A DNA stretch of 64,000 bases from an uncultured virus (IMG/VR IMGVR_UViG_3300025122_005875) (IMGVR_UViG_3300025122_005875); one strand, 5' to 3'; positions 26,301 through 37,111 are shown, counted from the first letter of the stretch. Program-made: numbers and translations. Notes: generated by a model not told the origin, from the letters alone.

Positions 26301-29300
26301 CCCTCGGTAGCGCTATCGACCACCTGAAAATATTTTAAGAACTCCCCAATTGATAAATCATTAAAAAATTCAGTATTAGAGGAGTCGCCCGATTTAAAGG
26401 CGGACCCCGTTACCTCAAAAATGTTCGTGAAATCAGTATCCATTGTAAGTGATGCATCGGGCACAAACTCATTCCGATAAGTTTCTACATGTTTCGACAT
26501 GCGGAATTCTGGAATGAGTGAGTAATCTTTTCCTTGCAATTTTATATAACGTGCATATTGTTCATAGGTCTGGTGAGGAATTGAATACTGGACACAAGTG
26601 GCCTCTTCATCGTCCCAAACTTTGGGTTCAAACAACACCGTGTCTCCAAAAACAGGTGTTGAGGTGGCATCAAATCCCGTCGGAACAAGAAAATTATAAC
26701 TTATACCAGGACAAATATTGTTGCCTCCATAATATCTATCAAATCTATTTCCCACTTCCTGATATTCGCCTGATCCTGAGGGGCTCGTCAATGTTGTGAA
26801 TTTCTCGGGTGCATCCAGCGGCCACATACTCTGACGAGGCCGTGCGCACTCTTGCGAATTAGTGGTCGGATTCGCATCGTCGGAAGCGTCATAGGGTATT
26901 TGACTTCTTTTGTGGCGATTATCATTCCAAATATCATCAATTGTAAAATTAGGACGAGTATAAGACCCGGTAAGCCATGCGTTGCGAGGAGCCGGAAAAA
27001 TTCTTTGTCCATAAACAAACGAGATGTTTCTAAACGTGGGGCGAAGTTCGATATCTTTATTGTCTCGATCGAAAATCATCGAATTTAATCGATTAAAATA
27101 TAAACCACCAGAATCAAAATCTTTTGTGAGGCCCAAAAGATTATCCAACTTATAGTTGGCAAAATGAGTTAATTTATTTGCATAACTATGTTTAAAAACA
27201 TAATTCACTACCTTGCTCCGGGACGAAATACGCAGTCCTCGGGCGGCTGTCGGCGGCTGGGCCACGATCGAAGGAAGAGAAATTATTTGAGTTATCCGGT
27301 GTACCATAGGGATAGACTCACTTGAAATAGGTGGTTCTTTAAAGCTACGCCAAGAATTGCCCAGGCGCAGCTGCCGGTATCGGGCGCGCTGATGGCCAGC
27401 CGCCTGATGTTCTATATCGGCGGCCGATCTATCCACCATGGTAATGATATGCTCTTTATTCTGTGCCTTAAGGAGACGGTTATCTGTATTGCGCACTTGT
27501 TTCCAGCTTGGGTATTGGTAGGGGCCATCGCGGCCTAATATAAGAGTATTGAAAGAGTCCTGTGGGTGCTGCCAACTCGGAGAGGTGGCAACATTAATAT
27601 ATCGAAACGTCCCTTCAACATGGGCGGCGGTATTCCCGATAGTGTTGGTGGCCGTGGAGACAGGGTCCACCACTCTATTATTTAAACTAACAAAAGAGGC
27701 ATCTGAGTAAGCATCAGAAATGGTTATTAAGGGCCATGTGGAAGAAGTAAGATAATCACACGCCGGGTATGCCCAATCAAAAATAACGGCGTCAGCGGTA
27801 CATGACTCGCTCACCCACTGATAATTTTGAGGAGAGCGCGGGATAGCGTGCTGAACATACCCATTGTCAAATGTGGACCCAGTAAAAAATGGCCCAGTGG
27901 CTGAATATGTACTCTTCTTGATTACCGCCGCTCGATTACGCGGAACTTTATGATAAGACGGGTTCACAACACCTTCCGGCGTAACGTATCCGTATACACC
28001 ATCGGAATAGCCCGGGCCGCAGGGCAACGAAAGAAGCTGCCGCAAACCTCGATTTTTGTCAAGATGATCCACCACAACTGCCACATGCTGAATAGATGCA
28101 TCAATAAGGTTTTCGGTCGACCCTGTATTTCCAAAATTCAGCACTTCTTGGTTACGATAGGGTTGTGCATTATATACGGATATTTCGGCATGGCGGGGAT
28201 CTAAAAACCCTAACGACTTTTGCGAGCGACCACCGGGCGATGCATATCTAGTAACAAAAACTGAATCTTCAGGAGGCCGAGTGGGAAGCAAATAGTTAAT
28301 GGTGCCTCCAGGATTCCATGAACCTGGTTCCTCATCAGAGCCAGAGCCCAACAAAAATCGCCCTCGAGTTGCCAAAGTTTCAGGATACCGAGCAAAACTC
28401 GCAGCATTCTGTGCGAAATAAGGATCGTTTGTGGTGCGGCCGGGTGACTGCAGGACCTCGTAACTTTTACTATACGTTCCAAGATTACTCTGATAAAGCG
28501 CACCGGAGACACGAATTTCTAAAGATCCAGTTATTGTTTTAATGTTTTTAATGTTGGCCGGACTTTTTGTCCCCTCAATTCGTGTCCGATAAGCTGTAGG
28601 TAGCGCTGAGTCGTACCCCTCAGGAAAAGCTCCGTCAGCAGCGTGTTCGGGAGGGTAGTTGGGAGGCACTATCGCCAAATAAGGAGAAGTTAATGGATTA
28701 TTGTCAGAGCCGAGAACTCCATCAAACTGAATACGCCATCCCTCGGCCCGGTTACTGCGATCGTCTTCGCCGTCGTTAAGAGCCGTATGACGATAGAAGC
28801 GGCCGCCGACATGTTTCTCGGTAAAGGGGCCCTGAAGGGGGCGAGTTGCATGTGACGGCCACGCAATATCTTCATGTAAATTTGTTAATATAACATCCGA
28901 GGAGTATGAATCACTCACCAATTGGCGATGACTAGTGGAAGCAGGAGATCCAGAGGAATTCAATAATTTAAATGGGGCGCCCATCTTACCAGATTTCGGC
29001 TGTCTATAATTTGTTTTATTGACTGCACTGAGGCCGAAGGCTAGCGAAGCGGTGTGCAAAGGATCCAAAATTGCGGCAATATCCTGCAACTCTTCTACAC
29101 TGCTGCCGCGGCTCACTAAAATATTCTGCGATGCACTCGTAGTGGTGACCACAGGGCCAAACGGCTGTGTGGCGGGGAACACAAAAGCCAAATTTTTGCG
29201 CTCATCAAATTTTACACCTGGTTCAAAAATATCAATGCGATCAGTGTTAAAGCGATAAAAAGAATGAAGCTTGGCTTGAAGAATTTTCTTAGTGGTAGCA

Positions 29301-32300
29301 TTAAAAGTTATCTGTTTGTCGGTGTCTACGTAGGTGTCTCCAGTGGCCAGTAAACCCTCGTTACGCTCAGCTAATGACTTCCAATATTCAAAATTATCTT
29401 TCTGTAAATTACTAATGGGGTGATGTCTATAACGCCAGCCGGGACTTAAAGGAAGGATAGATACAATTTGACCCAAGTACTCGTCTCCGAGAGGCTCCCA
29501 CCCTGGAAGCTTGTGCTCATACTTGTTTCTTTCCAAGGCATGATTCTCGATAACGTTTTGTATTTCATCATCAAACTGTGTCCCCACAGGCATAAGCTGA
29601 GCTAAGATTTTACTCAGAGAAGAATCAAACCATTTATAAAACTCATAATAACGATCAAAATCAATCTCGTTTTGTACTTTTTCAAAGTATTTGCGTTTTA
29701 AGAAATCTAGTTGTTTATATCGGGTCCGATATTTCTGAACAGGGTCTCCTATAAGGTTATTAAAGTCTTCTATACTAGCAAACATCTGGAGCATGCTATC
29801 GCTGATGGTACGATACATACTCTTTTCAATTATAAACTGATAGTTAATGGGTCGGGAATCTCGCAAGAAGATCTCGTCATCTTGATCGTTAAGAATGGAG
29901 ATCATGTCATCCGAATTCAATACCTCCGGTGGCGAGAGCTCAGAAGCTAGCACATAGTTATAATTAACGGCGCCGGTCGCGTTAACAGGGAACCCGTAAC
30001 CATAACCAGGGTGCTGGGATCCAAGCAGGTCCCCCAAGAGACCAAATTGGCTTGCCGCTGCAGCGGTTGAGCCAGAAGAAAAATCTGGAACGTGGAACTC
30101 GCCGGATGCATTAGAAGACGTTATCGTCTCAAAGTCCCAGTTAAGTGCTAAAGTGTCGCCTTCTTTGTAGTCTACAAATAGCCAAGGCGCGCCGTGTGTG
30201 CCACCAGGGCCAGGATTTGAAGAACTAACTTGATATAAAAAGGGGCTAAAGCTAGGATTAGGAGTACCATAATTATGAACATCGCGGATGTGATCCTTCA
30301 GAGTCGCGGGAGTAATATCAGTTAGCCAATACCGACAAAATCCCACGCGCACGTCCGAGGACTGTAAGGTATCACCAGTAAAGTTTTGTCGATGTGCTCC
30401 CACATATACTCTGGTTGACCCTGTCATAAACCCATAATCCCACTGGCCCGCAGGAGTTATGGAAGCACTCAAATTAAACGATCGAAGTTCAACATCAGCG
30501 CCCATATTGATTCCTTTGAATTCAACTGTATAATTATCAGGAATCGAGGAGCCAGAAATATAGTTTTTGTAAGGATATTTGTCGGGCTTTAGAGTAACCG
30601 CAAAACCCCAATTATTATTATCATAAACGTCGGGATACCATGAAGAGGTGAGAGGATTGGTCAACCAACCCGCCGACGAGCTTAGCATAAAATATGCGTC
30701 ATTAGAGAGAATATCGTCGCGTATTGCAAAAACTTGGAAATTCGCAACATCATTTGGGTCCCAAGTAAGAGCGTCAGGGTCTCCTGGGTTTACGGTGTGG
30801 CGGCCAAATAACGAGGCTGTAAGCTCTCTAAATCCATATAAATTGTAATCTTCATCACTAGGGCCCGGCTTGCGTGGGAAAAAGACATAGGATTCAAGAG
30901 TGGTGGCAAAGCCGCCAGAACTTATAAGTTGAGCGCCAGCATAGGGGCCGCTCCACACAGCTGAACTAGAAAGATATGAAACGGTATTTGTCGCGTCAAC
31001 GCTAGACGCAGACAAAAACACGGTAGCCTTAAAATTATCGCGATGATTAAAATCAATATATCTTTTCTTTACCGAATTAAGTTCGCGGTTATCTTTAAGC
31101 TCATAGACAGTTTTATCGGAATACATATTAATACGATATATCTCATCATCTACGCCAAAGCAACGAAGCATGTTTCTAAAGGATTTCTTAGTTCCCTTCG
31201 TCTTAAAAATATTAATAAGATTATTATAAATGTTTTGGTAAATGGTGTTTTTAATATCGCTTAAAGACTTCTGATATATGAGGTCTTCGCTTCGATCGCC
31301 TAATTGCTCGAGAATATCCGCGTCGAGGAACAACTCGGGCGCCAGAATACCACGGGATTCTAATAGGCGACTAGCTAAAACATTAGGCTTATCAGACCCC
31401 GAAACATAGGTGGGGTTTTCGATGTTTCCAAAGGCCTCGATTTGCAAGTGGAGCGTATCAAAGTAGCTAGATATTACCTGGCTGAGCTTCTTGAGTTCAT
31501 TATTGTTTTCGGGATCTCCCAACTGCATCCAGGAGGGGAATGACGAAAATAACATCGCAGAGTTATTATTGTCGTAGGCCGAGCCAGTGGCTTGAAGGCC
31601 GGCTAACTTAGCGGCTACCAAAGAATTAGACGTATACAGAATGGGATCTTCAAATTCTGGGCCAGCAGAAGCCGATACAATGGCAGAGCCAGTGTTGCGG
31701 GAATTTGAGGTATACCCATTCCACGCGCCGTTGGAGAGGCGCCCCGAGTAATCTAAAACTATTTTATCAGTGGCCTCCTGGCCCGTAATTCCTTCATTAA
31801 ACTTGTAGTAAACCCCAAGATCAGTATTTGCTACATCAGTATTGGTACCCCCACCGACCTGAGTAAACCAATAGCGTCCAATATCGCGAGACGTACGTTG
31901 AGTTTTCCAATATCTGAATTCATCCAGCGACGCATCTAACTTGCCGGCGAAGCTGGACACTGCGGATCCTGACGTCGGCGCCACAAGAGCTCCAATGGTG
32001 GCCACCATTGAGCCTGCAATTTCATCCATGGAGCCCGTCAAACTTCTTGGTGTGGGATTTTGCTGCTCGCTAACAGACGAATTTAAACCGTGGTGGCCAG
32101 ACTGTCTTAACTCCCCGTCTATATAAAATTTGGAAATAATTCCAGTATTAGCTGGTGAATACGGCGAGATCTGAGCGAGATGCATCTCGCCCGATACACC
32201 ATAGGCCCGCCTAAGGCCCACAATATCATGAATTTCATTTTTTGCCGAAGACACGTTAGTACTATTCAAGCTATCGCCAGTAGCATCTCCGAGAGGATAC

Positions 32301-33748
32301 CACGCAACCAGGTTGGCTGCAGCACTGTGGTTGTCTAGATCAGACGGAATTCCAGAATTATACATTTCTCTGACTTCAATAAGCGAAAGTTGTTTGTCCC
32401 ATATACCCAGATTATCAATATACCCGGCCCAAGGGGCAGTCGAGTAGTCATTAGAGTTTCCTAAAAGAACTGACTTAGCTGTGAGGGTGCCGCGGGCGCC
32501 CGAGGCGTTGAAGGCGCTGTCGCTTAGAGATCCGTTAATATAGATATGAGTTGCCCCCCCCGAGCCAGCGGCGCAGGTAACTACTACGTGATACCACTTA
32601 TTTGTTTCTAAAACATCGGCGGAGTTTCTGAAGTTCGAGCCGCCTGTGGCCGAATAAAACCAGAGTTGACCGGTGCTAACCCCCATCCGTAAAGATCGGA
32701 ACCCGGTGCCGGAGGCATACTGACCAAAAGTAAGAAGGCTGGCCCATGTACCAGTGGCCGTACCATCGGCATAAACCCACATCGAGATAGAGAATGCATT
32801 GGCAGCTGCGCCGGCTCCGCCGACGATTGCATCCCAATCTACAGCGTCCCCAATTTTAATCGCATCATCAATTCCATCAAAGTAAATTGATTTACTATCA
32901 GTTGCGTTCTTTACGCTCAAGGCATAATGGTGCCAATTGCCATCAGCCACCGAAGACGTTGTTACTGTAGAGGGCCCGACCGATGCAGTAGCAAAGCCCG
33001 CATTATCGCCTAGGCCTCCGGACATCAAAGTTAACCGGAAAGGATCCTGGCCGCCAGTACCGGCGCCGTCATCGCCCGATGCCGTCAGTTCAAAACGAAG
33101 ACGCCCATACCCAGCTTCCGTAGAAGTGCCACTTCCACTATAGTTCCACAAATCGAACAACACTTCTTTATGGGTCTTTGTGGTATCAAATCCATCTTTC
33201 TTAAGCCAAAACTCAAGTGTGGCTCCCTCATCTAAATCCAATTTAAGGTTGTTCGCGCGCTTTTCAGAAGGCTGCCACAAATTAGCACCTTGTGTCTGAG
33301 GGCTTGTTGAACCGGTATTGGGGCCCCCTCGCACATAGATATATTCTAAATCATCTGGTAAGCCGTAACCATCTGTAATAGTAGACGTACCATAACCATC
33401 AGCACTAAAAATAATATAGCCCGTCGTACGAGGATATTCATTTTCAAATACATGTAAATCTAAATAAGACCCGGTATTCTGCCACTCTAGCTTTTCGGCT
33501 AAAGAGCCATCATAAGGATATGAATCTTGAATATATGCAAAAGAATCAATATAATATTGCTCTGCTGAACCGTATCTCGCAAAGTTGCGAGGTCTAGTAA
33601 AATCAACCTGGGGGACATAACGTTTTTCATTGATAATATCGGCGCTGTGGTAGCGCATGGACTCCACCACATCTCCGATTTCGGCGGCCGATTTATCTGC
33701 TACTGTTTTTGTGACAGCAACATTTTTAAATAATCCCTTAAGGCTCAT
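23363..33748 (-). CDS. Giant baseplate/tail protein with LamG domains and a C-terminal Hint domain
   Basis: 3461 aa. LamG motifs include TLEFWLK, WHHYALSV, FSISMWV, KWYHVVVT and LDEFRYW. The segment IFKTKGTKKSFRNMLRCFG resembles baseplate wedge gp7/gpI proteins. A Hint domain lies near the end. Confidence 0.8.
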   Translation of the reverse strand: MSLKGLFKNVAVTKTVADKSAAEIGDVVESMRYHSADIINEKRYVPQVDFTRPRNFARYGSAEQYYIDSFAYIQDSYPYDGSLAEKLEWQNTGSYLDLHVFENEYPRTTGYIIFSADGYGTSTITDGYGLPDDLEYIYVRGGPNTGSTSPQTQGANLWQPSEKRANNLKLDLDEGATLEFWLKKDGFDTTKTHKEVLFDLWNYSGSGTSTEAGYGRLRFELTASGDDGAGTGGQDPFRLTLMSGGLGDNAGFATASVGPSTVTTSSVADGNWHHYALSVKNATDSKSIYFDGIDDAIKIGDAVDWDAIVGGAGAAANAFSISMWVYADGTATGTWASLLTFGQYASGTGFRSLRMGVSTGQLWFYSATGGSNFRNSADVLETNKWYHVVVTCAAGSGGATHIYINGSLSDSAFNASGARGTLTAKSVLLGNSNDYSTAPWAGYIDNLGIWDKQLSLIEVREMYNSGIPSDLDNHSAAANLVAWYPLGDATGDSLNSTNVSSAKNEIHDIVGLRRAYGVSGEMHLAQISPYSPANTGIISKFYIDGELRQSGHHGLNSSVSEQQNPTPRSLTGSMDEIAGSMVATIGALVAPTSGSAVSSFAGKLDASLDEFRYWKTQRTSRDIGRYWFTQVGGGTNTDVANTDLGVYYKFNEGITGQEATDKIVLDYSGRLSNGAWNGYTSNSRNTGSAIVSASAGPEFEDPILYTSNSLVAAKLAGLQATGSAYDNNNSAMLFSSFPSWMQLGDPENNNELKKLSQVISSYFDTLHLQIEAFGNIENPTYVSGSDKPNVLASRLLESRGILAPELFLDADILEQLGDRSEDLIYQKSLSDIKNTIYQNIYNNLINIFKTKGTKKSFRNMLRCFGVDDEIYRINMYSDKTVYELKDNRELNSVKKRYIDFNHRDNFKATVFLSASSVDATNTVSYLSSSAVWSGPYAGAQLISSGGFATTLESYVFFPRKPGPSDEDYNLYGFRELTASLFGRHTVNPGDPDALTWDPNDVANFQVFAIRDDILSNDAYFMLSSSAGWLTNPLTSSWYPDVYDNNNWGFAVTLKPDKYPYKNYISGSSIPDNYTVEFKGINMGADVELRSFNLSASITPAGQWDYGFMTGSTRVYVGAHRQNFTGDTLQSSDVRVGFCRYWLTDITPATLKDHIRDVHNYGTPNPSFSPFLYQVSSSNPGPGGTHGAPWLFVDYKEGDTLALNWDFETITSSNASGEFHVPDFSSGSTAAAASQFGLLGDLLGSQHPGYGYGFPVNATGAVNYNYVLASELSPPEVLNSDDMISILNDQDDEIFLRDSRPINYQFIIEKSMYRTISDSMLQMFASIEDFNNLIGDPVQKYRTRYKQLDFLKRKYFEKVQNEIDFDRYYEFYKWFDSSLSKILAQLMPVGTQFDDEIQNVIENHALERNKYEHKLPGWEPLGDEYLGQIVSILPLSPGWRYRHHPISNLQKDNFEYWKSLAERNEGLLATGDTYVDTDKQITFNATTKKILQAKLHSFYRFNTDRIDIFEPGVKFDERKNLAFVFPATQPFGPVVTTTSASQNILVSRGSSVEELQDIAAILDPLHTASLAFGLSAVNKTNYRQPKSGKMGAPFKLLNSSGSPASTSHRQLVSDSYSSDVILTNLHEDIAWPSHATRPLQGPFTEKHVGGRFYRHTALNDGEDDRSNRAEGWRIQFDGVLGSDNNPLTSPYLAIVPPNYPPEHAADGAFPEGYDSALPTAYRTRIEGTKSPANIKNIKTITGSLEIRVSGALYQSNLGTYSKSYEVLQSPGRTTNDPYFAQNAASFARYPETLATRGRFLLGSGSDEEPGSWNPGGTINYLLPTRPPEDSVFVTRYASPGGRSQKSLGFLDPRHAEISVYNAQPYRNQEVLNFGNTGSTENLIDASIQHVAVVVDHLDKNRGLRQLLSLPCGPGYSDGVYGYVTPEGVVNPSYHKVPRNRAAVIKKSTYSATGPFFTGSTFDNGYVQHAIPRSPQNYQWVSESCTADAVIFDWAYPACDYLTSSTWPLITISDAYSDASFVSLNNRVVDPVSTATNTIGNTAAHVEGTFRYINVATSPSWQHPQDSFNTLILGRDGPYQYPSWKQVRNTDNRLLKAQNKEHIITMVDRSAADIEHQAAGHQRARYRQLRLGNSWRSFKEPPISSESIPMVHRITQIISLPSIVAQPPTAARGLRISSRSKVVNYVFKHSYANKLTHFANYKLDNLLGLTKDFDSGGLYFNRLNSMIFDRDNKDIELRPTFRNISFVYGQRIFPAPRNAWLTGSYTRPNFTIDDIWNDNRHKRSQIPYDASDDANPTTNSQECARPRQSMWPLDAPEKFTTLTSPSGSGEYQEVGNRFDRYYGGNNICPGISYNFLVPTGFDATSTPVFGDTVLFEPKVWDDEEATCVQYSIPHQTYEQYARYIKLQGKDYSLIPEFRMSKHVETYRNEFVPDASLTMDTDFTNIFEVTGSAFKSGDSSNTEFFNDLSIGEFLKYFQVVDSATEGTLLVDGTTLMKTQFGLQCSAIIKPLPYKNFYPAEYVVNELGTLFSSSVGPYVEKRPTWKGAWRTLLEPWQALMLNSIKSGIGVGTYILTGDNTSLDDGVALPDVAGAPGIKGPATVQTPMGSTHAVNSVNNILKDYVINHGRGSIFSCSIDKSAGQNFYNPQRIPFEGLYKPASYFTALTISGSKEQTGIMYDTGIASASLSASSAGTHVRNSLRWNGTRGPLYELAIDQFLAAAQNIFIDPDERPVFFSSPASAINTQNIKQGEALALTFTFNRTLLPDGTADTATFENYSSPWAFGTPVALSDELTGGSNKVYSASYAPHTPAYMYGTSSVTMCVTASYDNPTLASLVSEAEFTYERSLETPAYSKAAMGYWFAQQVSESFNMRSVVSRQIPGTTQVDDHWAISPKWEYPIFHFPCTPTQGASAASAIAYTGQNADQVVKTRGMWHQYGLACTGSQGVFVEIGTPEFVVSPQYGRLVNPKSLASAVGFEEGVRKSIGNVRKSLKISEAIVAIPFITGRDGRRKFYKLPSTSPAAQKIAVSLDTYVFPPNFDWVHHPVVSSISMYIFEYDITLNQKDLGDIAQNVLPKAFRDTTKKDVYELPAPKTITHQLHGLNLLNKSTRKFRQDLRWLVFKVKQRAPHNYTLRNMTGDFSLRNIPDNVRTEYTYNWPYDWLSIVELIKLEEFITWEGGDTSTAPCPELDPEALEETDLVHLARTPSGDVIDIHIPPVGLACVVKGTYIDTSAGPVLVEDINVGAKVLSHNFNTSEMGYFEVLGTVTNTVNGWCKIRTKEGFELGCSLDHPIMSNSAAFWELAASDASPGDHTWVLKDGELRDDVIESVEIFEGSAEVYNMEVDNVHTYISDGILSHNAAINPTRAPGMTSKLQSKGGGAANLAYLKQQMLQQQHSDSNLAMLHQSNGRSAQGMQLSSGASKLDMYRAVYDSNQVKNLTEKQKQAQDASRSQAAAQAQQALALLR
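23687..24097 (-). other. Hint (bacterial intein-like) autoprocessing domain, 137 aa
   Basis: Starts CVVKGTYI...VEDINVGAKVLS, has block B CSLDHPI, and ends VYNMEVDNVHTYISDGILSHN. The +1 residue is Ala. Confidence 0.9.
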
Positions 33749-33758
33749 CGTTTAATAA

Positions 33759-35294
33759 TTATTCTTCAACTCTAAATTTGAATTCCGAAGACTGGTCGAC
33801 CCAGTCACCGATTGAATCATTATAATAAGCTAGCTTAACTTTATACGCATAGCCAGCTTCCAACATTGACATATCCAAATCAAAATAATTCCCCTTCTTA
33901 TCATATGACATCAAAGTGCCTAAATCAGACCCAGTATTATGTGGCACCGCTTCATAATCGTCTGTGATCCTAATCACCGAATAAGAAGCGCTCGGTATCA
34001 CCTCGGTAGGATTATTCGCAGTAGCTACCGTATAAAGGGTAGGACTCCAATTTTTGCTTCTCACAAAGAATCTAAATCGTGCGATTTCCTTACGAGAATA
34101 TTGCTTCTTTAAATTGGTTAAACTGGTTATTCTATTAAAAGTGGGAGCGCTATCATATGTGGGCATCACAGCAGGGTAGAAAGAGCCTGTAAAATATTGA
34201 GTACTTCCAGTATACCAAACATCATGCAACGCTAGTAATCTAGTGGCAGCTGCTGTAAGAGCCATAGAACACGAATAAATGCCCGTGCTTACATAGCCTC
34301 CCGTCGCATACGTCACCAAGTTAGCCCCGGCGCCACCGCCCGCAGCAAACTGTATAGTAGAGCCTGTAGGAAGGCCTCCGGCTGAGCTAGAATAAATAGA
34401 GACCCTCAATAAGCCATTCGTGAGCCCTGCAATATCAACCAAGCGGCCGCGAACATAATTATAAAGATACAGAGTATTTAAATTATCTTCCATAGGCGCA
34501 AAAGAGCTCGAGTAATAAAAGTATTCTCTATCATCGCCCTTCGAAGAGTCCCAGCGAGCTTCTAATACCGGTCGTTTAAAGAAGTATTGAGATGACCGAG
34601 AAGAGAATCGTTTAGTGTAATAAGTGTTGGTTGATCCTGTGGCATTCTGGATTAGACTCCCATTGTCAAGCCCTGTGCCATCTGGGTTAACATAATATGC
34701 CTCCTGGCTCCCCGTAAGTTTAACCATAAACCCATAATTATCCTTAGTACCGGCGATCCATTGCTCAACTAAGGTTGTTACATCCAACTCTAAATCTTCA
34801 TATCCTTTAGCAAAAGTAACAGAATAGGCTGGATCCAGGTGGCGGTCGCCGCCGGCGTTGGCCCAGCCCGTATCAGGCGGCAGAGTCCCACTAAGCCAGT
34901 TAGCTGTTCCTAAGTTGGCGTATTCGTCCATATCGAGTCCGGTGCCTTCATTCCATTCCTTAGCAACTGCTTGAATAGCTAATATAAAATCTTGTGGCAA
35001 CGTAAAGGCAGTTTCAACGTTGAACATACGCAAATAAAACGATACCGATCCATTGGCCGGAACAGAGCCGTTATTACGATCGGTTATAACATCCGCGATC
35101 GGGAATTGTACTAACGTACGCGCCAGTTCTTGACTCCGGCCTCCTGTAGAAGATGAGGTTTGTCCATAAATAGAATATACCTCTAAAGAATCGGCATATC
35201 CCATATTAGAACCAGTACCCCGAGTAGTAAATGTATAATCATAACCGTTGGTTATAATAGTATCTTTTGTGGCCACATATCGTTTAATGGTCAT
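33759..35294 (-). CDS. Virion protein with DNRLRE/CBM96-like domain
   Basis: KDTII, RTLVQF, WNEGTG, W..AGGD, LDVTTLVEQW...NYGFMVK and RPVLE pattern. Confidence 0.65.
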   Translation of the reverse strand: MTIKRYVATKDTIITNGYDYTFTTRGTGSNMGYADSLEVYSIYGQTSSSTGGRSQELARTLVQFPIADVITDRNNGSVPANGSVSFYLRMFNVETAFTLPQDFILAIQAVAKEWNEGTGLDMDEYANLGTANWLSGTLPPDTGWANAGGDRHLDPAYSVTFAKGYEDLELDVTTLVEQWIAGTKDNYGFMVKLTGSQEAYYVNPDGTGLDNGSLIQNATGSTNTYYTKRFSSRSSQYFFKRPVLEARWDSSKGDDREYFYYSSSFAPMEDNLNTLYLYNYVRGRLVDIAGLTNGLLRVSIYSSSAGGLPTGSTIQFAAGGGAGANLVTYATGGYVSTGIYSCSMALTAAATRLLALHDVWYTGSTQYFTGSFYPAVMPTYDSAPTFNRITSLTNLKKQYSRKEIARFRFFVRSKNWSPTLYTVATANNPTEVIPSASYSVIRITDDYEAVPHNTGSDLGTLMSYDKKGNYFDLDMSMLEAGYAYKVKLAYYNDSIGDWVDQSSEFKFRVEE

Positions 35295-37111
35295 TAGGTT
35301 ACGGTTCCTTGAATATCGACACTTGGATACTTTAGCTCAAAAATCGTATTAATTCTTGAATTCAAATATCGACCATCTGTTGAAAGAGCAGCCGCAAAAT
35401 TATAAGATGTATCAGAATAATTACCACCGGAGCGTTGTACTATTTTTACATCTACCACATCAACGACACCTGGGACTTGATGTAGCTGTCTATAAATATC
35501 AACCACATATAGAGACTCATCAATATCAAAACTTGTATTAGCGTAATAATTCCTAAGTCTCTGAGTCGCTAAATTCAAAACAGTAAATCGATTTTCTTCA
35601 TAGTCTGCTATAATACTAAAACTTATGCCAAAATTTACTATTTGTGCCGGCCGGATGTCAACGGTGTCATTGATCATTTTATACGTAGAAAGCCACGTTT
35701 TAAGATTATTCTTAATAGTTTCATTGGTGGATATGAAAGCGCCGGCTGAATTAACCGAGATAACATACATATTTAAATTTCTACGCATCGAATCAAAATC
35801 TCTTTCAATAGAGCATTTTTTTATCGCCCCGAATCGAGGAGGCATCGCATAAGAAATAGCTTTATAATCTTCTAATGTAACTGCGCGGTTCTGCGCCGCG
35901 TAATAACTAAACACGCGTTGTTTAATTTCGTCTACCGATGGAAGGTCTATATCGCCAGAAATTGGCTCATCATTATTAACTTCTAATGATTTGGTTACTG
36001 TGGCCTTGGTAGAGGGGTTAAGATTTTGAGCGTCTTTGTATCTCAGCATAGGAAATTGAACGCCCGTCAGGGTCCCCGCAGCTGCATTTACGTCTTCAGC
36101 ATCGTTTACCCTATAAACTATTACCAGCGTAGTGTTGGAGGGGCCGACACCAAACTTATCAGTTTCCGTAAGATTTGTAGGATCAAAATCGCCTTGTGTA
36201 ATATAATCGCGACCATGTAGTTTTAATACAATACTACTGGGGTCTGCTATTTTTTCATTAGTAAGGGAATCTTCAGAACCATAGCCAAACTGTATATATG
36301 CACCGGTACGAGTTCGTTCTAGTGTAAATCGACGTGTTACCGGGATAGCTTTAAGAATACTGGGAACGGTAGTCCGATCCGAGTTATCGTTTCGCACACC
36401 CTTAAAAACAATTTCTTGGGCTAAATGGTCTACTTCATAATAACGATTGCCTGCAGAATCATAAACACTAATAATTTCAGTAGGGTCTGGATCGCTAAGA
36501 TAAATCTGTCTAAATTTAGCAAACTGACCCACCGTCACCGTTTGACGTTCGATTCTTCCCGAAACCACTCGGCCGGTTGCTTTTACAGCAAACTTTAAAG
36601 TGGCGCCTGTAGTCGCATCCTGAGTATCTGATACAACCTGGTTGCTAGGATCAGCGAAATTAACATCGTCTACCAATGTGAATTGCTGGCCGCCGCTGGT
36701 TGTAAAAAGGGAGTTGGCTTGTAACACGGGAAGGTATTTTTCATTTACAGCGCCTTGCGTGTCCGCAGGCACCGCCAAATAAAATTGCGCCATCCCCACT
36801 GACGAGAAGGAAGTTACATACTTGTACCCTAACTGTCGCGCAATTTTGACTACGTTGTCATATTCGCTTGCAGTATCTAAAAAGTTTTCATTCACTTGAT
36901 AATCAAGATAAAATGAAAGAACATCTCCTATATAAGAAACTGTATCTAACATCATCGAGCCGAAGCCGGCTGTGTTAAAATCTTGATACGTGTCGGCGTA
37001 ATACCGTTTTACATAATCTATTAAATCGGAGCGAATAGAACTAAAATCGCGGCCGCCATAATTAATTACTTTTAATTTTTTCTTACTATTGTTAGCTCTA
37101 TCGTCTGCCAT
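35294..37111 (-). CDS. Baseplate wedge protein (T4 gp6 / baseplate J-like)
   Basis: RDFSSIRSDL, YIGDVLSFYLD...ENFLDTA...IARQLGY, IQFGYG and QNRAVTLEDY. Confidence 0.9.
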   Translation of the reverse strand: MADDRANNSKKKLKVINYGGRDFSSIRSDLIDYVKRYYADTYQDFNTAGFGSMMLDTVSYIGDVLSFYLDYQVNENFLDTASEYDNVVKIARQLGYKYVTSFSSVGMAQFYLAVPADTQGAVNEKYLPVLQANSLFTTSGGQQFTLVDDVNFADPSNQVVSDTQDATTGATLKFAVKATGRVVSGRIERQTVTVGQFAKFRQIYLSDPDPTEIISVYDSAGNRYYEVDHLAQEIVFKGVRNDNSDRTTVPSILKAIPVTRRFTLERTRTGAYIQFGYGSEDSLTNEKIADPSSIVLKLHGRDYITQGDFDPTNLTETDKFGVGPSNTTLVIVYRVNDAEDVNAAAGTLTGVQFPMLRYKDAQNLNPSTKATVTKSLEVNNDEPISGDIDLPSVDEIKQRVFSYYAAQNRAVTLEDYKAISYAMPPRFGAIKKCSIERDFDSMRRNLNMYVISVNSAGAFISTNETIKNNLKTWLSTYKMINDTVDIRPAQIVNFGISFSIIADYEENRFTVLNLATQRLRNYYANTSFDIDESLYVVDIYRQLHQVPGVVDVVDVKIVQRSGGNYSDTSYNFAAALSTDGRYLNSRINTIFELKYPSVDIQGTVT

